Source of the DNA: an uncultured Candidatus Rokubacteria bacterium
GTDB taxonomy: Bacteria > Methylomirabilota > Methylomirabilia > Rokubacteriales > DASRDR01
Direction of reading: 5' to 3'
NCBI GenBank assembly: GCA_963826115.1
Contig: CAWGVS010000012.1
Coordinates: forward strand, 512,001-576,000
DNA length: 64,000 nt
The translations under genes and the position numbers were made by a program. Numbering within the stretch: position 1 is the first letter of the stretch; every line of letters begins with the position of its first letter. Of the stretch, positions 17,674 to 25,436 are shown piece after piece. Under the pieces are notes generated by a model. It was not told where the DNA came from. It was given only the letters and a program-made list of their open reading frames with translations, and ran no database searches.

Positions 17674-18707
17674 GCGGTCACCCGGAAGCGGAGGCGACCG
17701 ATCAGCTGGCCGGAGGCCGTCAGGACGTCCACGGTCCAACGACCGGCCGCGTCGGGCGGGAAGTCGGTCTTCCGCGAGTAGGTGCGGAAGCCCCCTGGCC
17801 GGCCGCCGTGCACCGGCGTGGCGAGCCTGACCGTCGAGACCACGCGGCCCTCGTGCCGCCACTGGTGCTCGATCGCCTGGTGGAGCGCGGCGGGCGCGGC
17901 CACCGGCGTGAACGCGACGACGCCGCCCCACGCGCGGAGCTCCTCCAGCGTGACGTCGTGCGCCACCGGGTCCACGGGCGCGAGGTCCGTCACGGCGCGG
18001 GCGAGCGTCGGGCGGACCAGGCTCACCGGCGCCGGCGGCACGGCCGGCCGCGCGATCCACGCGGCCCCGACGGCGAGCACCGCCACGAGCGCCGCCCGAG
18101 CGGCCGCGGGCCGCCACCGCCCCGCCCGCCGGAAGAAGGTCGGGGTGAGCCCGAGCGCGCCGAGCGCGGCGCTCCAGAGGACGGCGTCCGCCGGCGGCAC
18201 GCCCACCAGCGGGAGCGCCACGTTCAGTCCCGCGAAGAGGGAGAAGCCGAAGAACAGGAGGCCGAGCCACGGCCGCGGCTGCACGACCGCGCGGTACCAC
18301 GGGTCGACGGTCGTCAGGAGCGCCGCGGCGGCGAGGACGGCGAAGAAGACGACGGTGACCCCATCGAACGTCGTGCTCGCGAAGTAGCCCGGCAGGACGA
18401 AGAGGAGGAGCCCGTGGTAGAGCGTCTGGATCGTGTAGTCGGTGGCGTACACGACCAGATGGCGCCCGCCGGCCAGGAGCGCCTCGCGCGTCTGGCTCAG
18501 CACCGCGAAGAGGAGCCACAGCACCACCACGTAGCCCACGATCCAGCCCACGTGAGGCACGCCGCGCCGGAAGATGAAGAGGGTCACGAGACCCGAGGCG
18601 AGCGACGCGAGCGAGATGCCCCAGCGCCGGGCGAAGGCGCGCCACGCGGGCCCGCCGGCCCGAAGGTGTGCGGCCGGCGGGAGAGACGGGTCCGGCGCGG
18701 TGGCCAC
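17670..18707 (-). CDS. Membrane protein with C-terminal DUF2914-like domain
   Basis: Multi-TM N-terminus; C-terminal AFTPVAAP..L...IEHQW...GGRPGGFRTYSRK...GRWTVDV. Confidence 0.75.
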   Translation of the reverse strand: MATAPDPSLPPAAHLRAGGPAWRAFARRWGISLASLASGLVTLFIFRRGVPHVGWIVGYVVVLWLLFAVLSQTREALLAGGRHLVVYATDYTIQTLYHGLLLFVLPGYFASTTFDGVTVVFFAVLAAAALLTTVDPWYRAVVQPRPWLGLLFFGFSLFAGLNVALPLVGVPPADAVLWSAALGALGLTPTFFRRAGRWRPAAARAALVAVLAVGAAWIARPAVPPAPVSLVRPTLARAVTDLAPVDPVAHDVTLEELRAWGGVVAFTPVAAPAALHQAIEHQWRHEGRVVSTVRLATPVHGGRPGGFRTYSRKTDFPPDAAGRWTVDVLTASGQLIGRLRFRVTA

Positions 18708-18726
18708 GGCGCGGGCGCGCGGGAGG

Positions 18727-20694
18727 CTAGCGGACCTTGGCGCCGGCGGGGAGGTCCCGGTCGAGCGCGAGGAGCGCGAGGGTCTCCCCCGCCGAACCGG
18801 CGAGGACCATGCCGTTCGAGGTCACGCCCATGAGCGTCGCCGGCTCGAGGTTGGCGACCACGACGACCTTCCGGCCGACCACGGCCTCGGGCCGGTAGTG
18901 CTCCGCGATCCCGGCGACGAGGGTCCGCGTCTCCTCGCCGAGCCGAACGGTGAGCTTCAGGAGCTTCTTCGACTTCGGCACCGGCTCGGCCGCGACGACC
19001 TCCGCCACCCGGAGGTCGAGCCGCTTGAACTCGTCGATCGTGATCCGTGCCGCAGGGGGCTCGGCTCCCTTGGTCGCCCTTGCGGCGGTCGCGCCCGGCG
19101 ACGGTGCGTCGGCCTTGAGGTCCACCCGCGGGAAGAGGCCCGTAAGCCGTTGCACGGGTGCGAGATCCTCGGGGATCCGCCACATCCGCCCGAAGACGAC
19201 CGCCTCCAGGCTCGGGTTACTCGTATCGCCCATTGCGCGGCGGATGCGCGCGGCCGCCTCCGGAACGAAGGGCAGAAGCAGGATGCCCAAGCAGCGCAGC
19301 GCATCGGCCAGCGTCACGAGCACGTCGATCAGCCGATCGGCCTTCTCTGGATCCTTTGCTAGTGCCCACGGTTGCTGATTGTCGACGTACCGATTAAGAA
19401 TCGTCACGAATTCCCAGATTGCGACCAGTGCCCGATGGAAAGCGAACTCGGCCATGGCCGCGTCGACCGCCCTACGAGTCCTCTCGAGAGCGTCGCTCAG
19501 ATCGACGTCGCTGGGCAGCACCGGTCCGCTGGCAGCGTCCCCTCTTGTGCCGTGTGTCACGATCAGGGTCGTCGCGCGTGAGACCAGGTTACCGAGGTCG
19601 TTCGCCAGATCCGCGTTGAGACGCTCGACGAACCCATCCTCCGAGAAGTTCGCGTCCTGGCCGAACGGCATCTCACGCAGCACGAAGTAGCGGAACGCGT
19701 CGTTACCGTACTTCCGGGTGAGCGCGAGGGCGTCGACGACGTTGCCGACGCTCTTCGACATCTTGCCGCCCCCGACCGTCCAGTAGCCGTTCACGCGGAG
19801 CCGCGCGAAGCCCGGGAGGCCCGCGTCCTCCGACGCCTCGTCCCGGAGGAGCCCAGCCGCCTTCAGCATGCACGGCCAGTAGACCCCGTGGGGCTTCAGG
19901 ATGTCCTTGCCGATCAGGTGGTGGACGTGCGGCCAGTACCGCCGGAACCGGTCGTCCCCCGGCCCGCCGAGCGCCGACACGTAGTTGAGGAGCGCGTCGA
20001 ACCAGACGTAGGTCACGAACCGGTCGTCGAACGGGAGCGGGATCCCCCACTGGAGCCGGCTCGTCGGCCGGCTGATCGACAGGTCCTGGAGCGGCTCCCG
20101 GAGGAAGCCCAGGAGCTCGTTCCGGTAGCGCTCCGGCTGGACGGCGTCCGGGTGCTCCTCGAGATAGCGCCGGAGCCAGTCCTGGTACGCCGACATCCGG
20201 AAGAAGTAGTTCTCCTCCTCGATGTACACGAGCGGCGTCTGGTGGTCCGGGCACTTCCCGTCGACGATCTCCTTCTCGGTGTAGAACCGCTCGCAGCCGA
20301 AGCAGTACTGCCCGCCGTACTTGCCGAAGTAGATCTCGCCCTTGTCGAACAGCCCCTGCAGGATCGCCTGCACCACGCGCTTGTGCCGGGGCTCGGTGGT
20401 GCGGATGAAGTCGTCGGGCTTGATCCCCAGCGCGTCCCACTCGTCGCGAAACGCCTTCGAGTTCCGGTCGGCGAGGGCCTGCGGCGCGATCCCGGCCTTC
20501 GCGGCCGCCTGGGCGATCTTGTCGCCGTGCTCGTCCGTCCCGGTCAAGAAGTAGACGTCGTCGCCCGCGAGCCGTCGGTACCGGGCCATCGTGTCGGCCA
20601 CGATCGTGGAGTAGGCGTGGCCGAGGTGGGGCGGCCCGTTGATGTAGTAGATCGGCGTCGTGAGGTAGAACACCTCAGGAGAGCGGCTTGACAT
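18727..20694 (-). CDS. metG: Methionine--tRNA ligase with C-terminal tRNA-binding domain
   Basis: TTPIYY, HLGH, TGTDEHG, Cys knuckle, YVWFDAL, KMSKS, C-terminal Trbp111-like domain. Confidence 0.97.
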   Translation of the reverse strand: MSSRSPEVFYLTTPIYYINGPPHLGHAYSTIVADTMARYRRLAGDDVYFLTGTDEHGDKIAQAAAKAGIAPQALADRNSKAFRDEWDALGIKPDDFIRTTEPRHKRVVQAILQGLFDKGEIYFGKYGGQYCFGCERFYTEKEIVDGKCPDHQTPLVYIEEENYFFRMSAYQDWLRRYLEEHPDAVQPERYRNELLGFLREPLQDLSISRPTSRLQWGIPLPFDDRFVTYVWFDALLNYVSALGGPGDDRFRRYWPHVHHLIGKDILKPHGVYWPCMLKAAGLLRDEASEDAGLPGFARLRVNGYWTVGGGKMSKSVGNVVDALALTRKYGNDAFRYFVLREMPFGQDANFSEDGFVERLNADLANDLGNLVSRATTLIVTHGTRGDAASGPVLPSDVDLSDALERTRRAVDAAMAEFAFHRALVAIWEFVTILNRYVDNQQPWALAKDPEKADRLIDVLVTLADALRCLGILLLPFVPEAAARIRRAMGDTSNPSLEAVVFGRMWRIPEDLAPVQRLTGLFPRVDLKADAPSPGATAARATKGAEPPAARITIDEFKRLDLRVAEVVAAEPVPKSKKLLKLTVRLGEETRTLVAGIAEHYRPEAVVGRKVVVVANLEPATLMGVTSNGMVLAGSAGETLALLALDRDLPAGAKVR

Positions 20695-21559
20695 GCGGGC
20701 GGCCCTCCCACGTGAGCTGGGAGAGCGGGACCTCCGCCTCCGTTCCGTCGGCGAAGCCGACCACCACCGTCTCCTTCAGGACCCGGACGCCGCGGACGCG
20801 CCCCTCCATGCACCCGCCGCCCCCGCAGTCGGCCTGGCAGGCGGACCCGACCCGCGGCAGCTGGGCGCGGAGCGCCTCGTACTGCGAGAACTCGTAGAGG
20901 AGGCAGCACTTGAGCCGCCCGCAGTTCCCGAGGAGCCGGCTGTCGTTCAGCGGCACGTCCTGGCTCTTGGCCATCTTGACCGACACCGGCTCGAAGCCGC
21001 GGAGGTGCGTCGAGCAGCAGAGCTGGCGGCCGCACGGGCCGATGCCGTCCTGGACCTTCGTCACGTCGCGGGCGCCCACCTGCCGCATCTCGATCCGGGC
21101 CCGGAACTCCCGGGCGAGGTCCCGCACCAGCTCGCGGAAGTCGATCCGCGTCTCGGCGGCGAAGAGCACGGTCACGCGCCGGCCGTCGGGCGTCATCTCG
21201 ACGTCCACGACCTTCAGCGCGAGCCCGCGGCCCTGGGCGCGCAGCTGGCACGTGCGGACGGCGGCCACCTCGCGCTCGCGTCGCCGTCGCTCCTCCGCCA
21301 CCTCGTCGGGCGTCGCGAGCCGCAGGACGCGCGGGTAGGCCCGGTCGCGCTTGGCGGCGGGCACGTCCCGCGCCGGCCGCCGCACCTGGCCGACCGCGTG
21401 GCCGCTCGGCACCTCCACGACGCAGTGGTCGCCGACGTGGAGCTCGAGGTCCTCCGCCAGGTAGTCGTCGGCGCGCGCGCCCTCGCGGAGCCGCACGCCG
21501 ACCAGGCGCGGCGGCACCGCGTCCCCCTCGAATCGATCCGGCGCGTCCATCGGCTCCAT
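20675..21559 (-). CDS. ricT: PSP1/RicT (YaaT) family protein
   Basis: RIDFRELVRDL, RIEMRQVGARD, GPCGRQLCC, GNCGRLKCCL. Confidence 0.9.
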   Translation of the reverse strand: MEPMDAPDRFEGDAVPPRLVGVRLREGARADDYLAEDLELHVGDHCVVEVPSGHAVGQVRRPARDVPAAKRDRAYPRVLRLATPDEVAEERRRREREVAAVRTCQLRAQGRGLALKVVDVEMTPDGRRVTVLFAAETRIDFRELVRDLAREFRARIEMRQVGARDVTKVQDGIGPCGRQLCCSTHLRGFEPVSVKMAKSQDVPLNDSRLLGNCGRLKCCLLYEFSQYEALRAQLPRVGSACQADCGGGGCMEGRVRGVRVLKETVVVGFADGTEAEVPLSQLTWEGRPHVKPLS

Positions 21560-21560
21560 C

Positions 21561-22565
21561 CTACGCGGCGATCTCGTCGAGTCCGAGGAGCGCCGTCTCG
21601 AGCGCGAGCCGGGGATTCACGTTGGTCTCGAGCGCGAGCCACGCGGCCTTCACCCGCCCGAGCGCGGTCGCGAGCGCGGCGACCGACGCCCGCGCCGCGA
21701 GCGCCCGGAGCGCGGGCTCCTGGTCGGCGTGGACGAGCAGCGCCGCCGACCCGCCGGCGGCAAGGCAGAGCGCGTCCCGGTACCAGGACCAGTAGAGCTC
21801 GAGATACGCCGTCACCGTCGCGCGGTCGACCGTGGCCCCGTCGAGGGCGGCGCCGAGCCGCGTCGCCGGCTCCGCCGCCAGGGCCAGCGCCCCCTCGCGG
21901 CGCGCCCGCAGCGCGTCGAGATCCGTCCCGAGGGCGAGCCCCGGCCGTCCCTCGGTGAGCCGCGCGAGCAGCGGGCTCGCGGCGGCCGGCACGCCGCGCC
22001 CCTCGAGGAGGCGCGCGGTCTCGGCAACGTCGAGCGGGCGGAACCGCACGCGCTGGCACCGCGAGAGAACGGTCGGCGGGAGCGCCCGCGGGTTCGCCAG
22101 GATGAGCACCAGGTTCGTCCGCGGCGGGGGCTCCTCCAGCGTCTTCAAGAGCGCCTGCGCGGTCGGGAGCGTGAGACGCTCCGCCTCGTCGAGGACGAAC
22201 ACCTTCCGGCTGCCCTCCAGCGGGGCCAGCGCCGCGGTGCGCTCGAGGTCCCGGACCTGCTCGATCCGGATCAGCAGCGCCCCTTTCGGGTTGTCCTTCG
22301 GCGGCGTCGGCTGGACGACCTGGAAGTCCGGGTACTGGCCGGCGGCGACCCGCCGGCAGACCGCGCACGCGCCGCAGCCGTGCGTGGGGCACAGGAGCGC
22401 CTGGGCGAACGCCACCGCCGTCAGCCGGCGCCCGACGCCCGACGGCCCGACGAAGGCGTAGGCGTGCGCCGGCCGGTCGAGCGCGATCGCGCGCCGCAGC
22501 AGCGCCACCGCCGCCGGCTGGCCGACGATGCCCGCCCAGACGCCGGGCGCGGCCGTCGGCGTCAC
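21561..22565 (-). CDS. holB: DNA polymerase III delta' subunit
   Basis: HAYAFVGPSGVG, C..CG.C..C, LLKTLEEPP, PTVLSRC; between tmk and ricT. Confidence 0.92.
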   Translation of the reverse strand: MTPTAAPGVWAGIVGQPAAVALLRRAIALDRPAHAYAFVGPSGVGRRLTAVAFAQALLCPTHGCGACAVCRRVAAGQYPDFQVVQPTPPKDNPKGALLIRIEQVRDLERTAALAPLEGSRKVFVLDEAERLTLPTAQALLKTLEEPPPRTNLVLILANPRALPPTVLSRCQRVRFRPLDVAETARLLEGRGVPAAASPLLARLTEGRPGLALGTDLDALRARREGALALAAEPATRLGAALDGATVDRATVTAYLELYWSWYRDALCLAAGGSAALLVHADQEPALRALAARASVAALATALGRVKAAWLALETNVNPRLALETALLGLDEIAA

Positions 22566-23221
22566 GTGGAGAGCCCCAGCCGCCGGGCGACGACGCGCGC
22601 GATCTCGGCGGCCACGAGGTCGGGCGTCCGGTCCGCGTCGATCACGGTGACGCGCTCGGGCTCCTTGTCCCGGATCGCCCAGAAGCCCTTCCGCACGCGC
22701 TCGTGGAACTCGAGCGCGAGGCGCTCGAACGGATCGCACGCGGCGAGCGCCCCGCGGCGCGCTCGCGCGCGTCGGAGCCCCTCGGCGACGTCGAGATCCA
22801 GCACCAGCGTCAGGTCGGGCCAGACGCCGTCGGTGGCCAGGCGGTTCAGGTGGGCGATCGTCTCGAGCGGCACGCCGCGCCCGTGCCCCTGGTAGGCGAC
22901 CGTGGAGTCGACGTAGCGGTCGCACAGGACGATCTGCCCCGCCGCCAGCGCGGGCCGGATCACCCGCTCGACGTGCTCGGCGCGGCTGGCGGCGAAGAGG
23001 AACGCCTCCGTGAGCGGCGTGGCGCGGTCGACCTCGCCGAGGAGGCGGCGCACGCCGGCGCCGAGGGGCGTCCCGTCGGGCTCGGCCGTGGCGACCACCG
23101 GCGCGCCGCGCGCGACCAGCCAGGCGCGCAGGGTCTCGATCTGGGTGGACTTCCCCGCCCCCTCGACGCCCTCCACCGTGATCAGGCGACCCCGGGGGCC
23201 GTCAGGTCGCGCGGCCGCCAT
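22562..23221 (-). CDS. tmk: Thymidylate kinase
   Basis: EGVEGAGKSTQ, CDRYVDSTVAYQG, PDLT. Confidence 0.95.
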   Translation of the reverse strand: MAAARPDGPRGRLITVEGVEGAGKSTQIETLRAWLVARGAPVVATAEPDGTPLGAGVRRLLGEVDRATPLTEAFLFAASRAEHVERVIRPALAAGQIVLCDRYVDSTVAYQGHGRGVPLETIAHLNRLATDGVWPDLTLVLDLDVAEGLRRARARRGALAACDPFERLALEFHERVRKGFWAIRDKEPERVTVIDADRTPDLVAAEIARVVARRLGLST

Positions 23222-23255
23222 GGTGGGGCCACGCTATCACACGCGGGCCGGGCCG

Positions 23256-24398
23256 TCACGCCGGGGCGGGCGGCACTCCCAGGAGCGGGAAGACGAGCGC
23301 GCGGAGCTTCTGGACCTGGCGCTCGGCGAACTCCCGCGCGGGCCGGACCGCCTCCAGGGGCAAGGGCGGCAGCCCGTCCCACAGGGCGCGTCGGGGGCCG
23401 AGGTACGGGGCCGCCGCCGCGACGAACGCGGGCGGGAGCGCAGGCGGCAGCGTGACCCCGTTCATGAGCGCCCACGCCGCCGTCCACGCCCGGGCGACGT
23501 TGGCGAGGTCGTAGCCGCCGCCGCCGAGCGCGACCAGGCGCGGGGCGAGGCCGACGATGCGCTCGACGGCGGCCGCGAAGCCCTCGACCGACAGGGCGAG
23601 GTGCGTCAGCGGATCCGTCCGGTGCCCGTCGATGCCGAGCTGCGCGACGACGACGTCGGCCCCGAAGGCGCGCAAGACCGGCGGGACGACCGCGTCGAAG
23701 GCATCGAGGTACACCGCGTCGTCGGTGTAGGGATTGAGCGGGAGGTTCACCGCGTACCCCCGCCCGGCGCCCTCGCCGAGCTCCTCGACGGCGCCGGTCC
23801 CCGGGAAGAGCCGGTCGCCGCGCTCGTGCGTCGAGATGGTGAGCACGTCGGCGCTCCGGTAGAACGCCGCCTGCACCCCGTCGCCGTGGTGCGCGTCGAT
23901 GTCGACGTACGCCACGCGGAGCCCGTGGCGCCGGAGGGCCAGGATCGCCAGCACCGCGTCGTTCAGGTAGCAGAACCCCGACGCGCGGTCCGGCATCGCG
24001 TGGTGAAGCCCGCCGGCGAACGCGAACGCGCGCGTCACCTCGCCCCGCGCGACCAGCTCGGCCGCCAGCATCGAGCCGCCGCACGCGAGCGCGGAGGCCT
24101 CGTAGCAGCCGGGCCAGATCGGGTTGTCCCCTGGCCCGAGGCCGTAGCGGTAGGCGTGGGGCACCGGCTCGCCCGCGCCCGCGGCCCGCAGGACGTCGAG
24201 GTATTCCTCGGTGTGGAACTCCCGGAGCGCCGCCGCCGGCGCGGCGGCCGGCGGCCGGATCGTGAGGCCCGGGAGGCGCGTGAGCCCGTAGGCGTCCATG
24301 AGGGCGTACGTCAGGCCGAGCCGCTCCATCCGGAGGGGATGCTCGGGTCCGTAGTCGAAGCGCGTGTACGCGTCCGAGTGGACGAGGGCCGTCTTCAC
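23256..24398 (-). CDS. acuC: AcuC / histone-deacetylase family protein
   Basis: GGLHHA, SGFCY.ND, DIDAHHGDG, FPGTG, LGGGGY. Confidence 0.88.
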   Translation of the reverse strand: MKTALVHSDAYTRFDYGPEHPLRMERLGLTYALMDAYGLTRLPGLTIRPPAAAPAAALREFHTEEYLDVLRAAGAGEPVPHAYRYGLGPGDNPIWPGCYEASALACGGSMLAAELVARGEVTRAFAFAGGLHHAMPDRASGFCYLNDAVLAILALRRHGLRVAYVDIDAHHGDGVQAAFYRSADVLTISTHERGDRLFPGTGAVEELGEGAGRGYAVNLPLNPYTDDAVYLDAFDAVVPPVLRAFGADVVVAQLGIDGHRTDPLTHLALSVEGFAAAVERIVGLAPRLVALGGGGYDLANVARAWTAAWALMNGVTLPPALPPAFVAAAAPYLGPRRALWDGLPPLPLEAVRPAREFAERQVQKLRALVFPLLGVPPAPA

Positions 24399-24970
24399 CG
24401 CCGCACCCAGCGGCCGCTCCGGCCGCCCGACTTCTCGACGAGGCAGAGGTCCGTGAGCCGCATGCCGCGGTCGATCGCCTTCACCATGTCGTAGATGGCG
24501 AGCCCCGCCCCGGCCGCCGCCGTCAGCGCCTCCATCTCCACCCCGGTCTTGTCGACGGTGCGCACCGCCGTCTCGACGCGCACCGCGGACCGCGCGCCGT
24601 CGAGCACGAACCGCACGTCGATGCCCGTGAGCCGGAGGGGGTGACAGAGCGGGATCAGCTCGGCCGTCCGCTTCGCCGCCATGATCCCCGCGAGCCGCGC
24701 GACGCCGAGGACGTCCCCCTTGGCGATCTCGCCGCGGCGGATGGCCCGGAGGGTCGCGGGCCGGAGCCGGAGCGTGATCCGCGCGCGCGCCTCCCGCACG
24801 GTGTCCGGCTTCGCGGAGACGTCGACCATCCGCGCCTTGCCGCGGCGGTCCAGGTGGGTCAGGCCGGCCAGGCCGGCGGGGTCAGGCGGGCGGGGGCTCG
24901 CCGCGGCGCGTCGAGGCCGCGACGCGCCCCGACGACCGCGGACCCGCGTGCCCGCGGTCGCGCGGGGCAT
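24395..24970 (-). CDS. moaC: Cyclic pyranopterin monophosphate synthase
   Basis: LTHLD..GKARMVDVSAK, LIPLCHP, GVEMEAL, YDMVKA, KSGG; start position uncertain. Confidence 0.95.
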   Translation of the reverse strand: MPRATAGTRVRGRRGASRPRRAAASPRPPDPAGLAGLTHLDRRGKARMVDVSAKPDTVREARARITLRLRPATLRAIRRGEIAKGDVLGVARLAGIMAAKRTAELIPLCHPLRLTGIDVRFVLDGARSAVRVETAVRTVDKTGVEMEALTAAAGAGLAIYDMVKAIDRGMRLTDLCLVEKSGGRSGRWVRR

Positions 24971-24991
24971 GGGCCGAAGGAGGCGTCAGCC

Positions 24992-25228
24992 TCAGGCCGA
25001 CATCGAGGCGGCGGCCTGATTCTGCCGGATCAGGGTCTCCATGCGGTCCTTGCCGATGAGCTTCAGCTTCTTCAGCTCGCTCTCGCGCCACTGTTGCTCG
25101 GCCGAGAGAAACGGGCGGGCCTGGAGCTCGGCCAGCTCCTGCTCTTGCGCCTGATGCTCGGCGCGCAACCGCCGGAACTCGTCGTTGAGCTCGGTCAGGC
25201 GCTGGACGATGGCCTCGCGATCGGGCAT
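24992..25228 (-). CDS. DUF465 / YdcH-like small coiled-coil protein (78 aa)
   Basis: AAGGAGG RBS; EFRRLRAEH...LKKLKLIGKDRM. Confidence 0.82.
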   Translation of the reverse strand: MPDREAIVQRLTELNDEFRRLRAEHQAQEQELAELQARPFLSAEQQWRESELKKLKLIGKDRMETLIRQNQAAASMSA

Positions 25229-25267
25229 GTTCCCTCCTTCCACTGAGAAAACCAGGCGGTCACTGAG

Positions 25268-25306
25268 AAAACAAAACGGCCAGCGCCCGCGCGGGCCACT
25301 GGCCAT
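25268..25306 (-). terminator. Intrinsic terminator inside the 5' leader of the DUF465 gene
   Basis: AUGGCCAGUGGCCC-GCGC-GGGCGCUGGCCGU hairpin followed by UUUGUUUU, about 40 nt upstream of the start codon. Confidence 0.7.
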
Positions 25307-25385
25307 CTCAAGAATCGAATCCGGTGCTTGGCCGTCACGCACTCGGCCTCCCGTGAACGCCCCGGGGGTGGGCCTGCCGCGTTCA
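25307..25385 (-). ncRNA. Candidate structured cis-regulatory leader (riboswitch/attenuator-like)
   Basis: UGAACGC/GCGUUCA stem, GGCCG/CGGCC stem with loop GUGC complementary to downstream GCAC; lies between promoter and terminator; family not recognised. Confidence 0.45.
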
Positions 25386-25390
25386 GCCCC

Positions 25391-25420
25391 CTTGTAGCAG
25401 AGCGTTCCGCGCCGTGTCAA
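25391..25420 (-). promoter_or_regulatory. Sigma70-type promoter upstream of the leader
   Basis: TTGACA-18 bp-TACAAG with TG extension. Confidence 0.55.
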
Positions 25421-25436
25421 GCCGGACGCATCCCGA

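Noticed and set aside
19158-19690. Overprinted antisense gene explaining the metG composition shift
   Set aside because: The plus-strand ORFs are short, lack an RBS and show no protein-like features.
25322-25354. Plus-strand resemblance to short stretches of the Moco RNA motif as I recall it
   Set aside because: Wrong strand relative to moaC and only short matches; cannot be supported without a covariance-model search.
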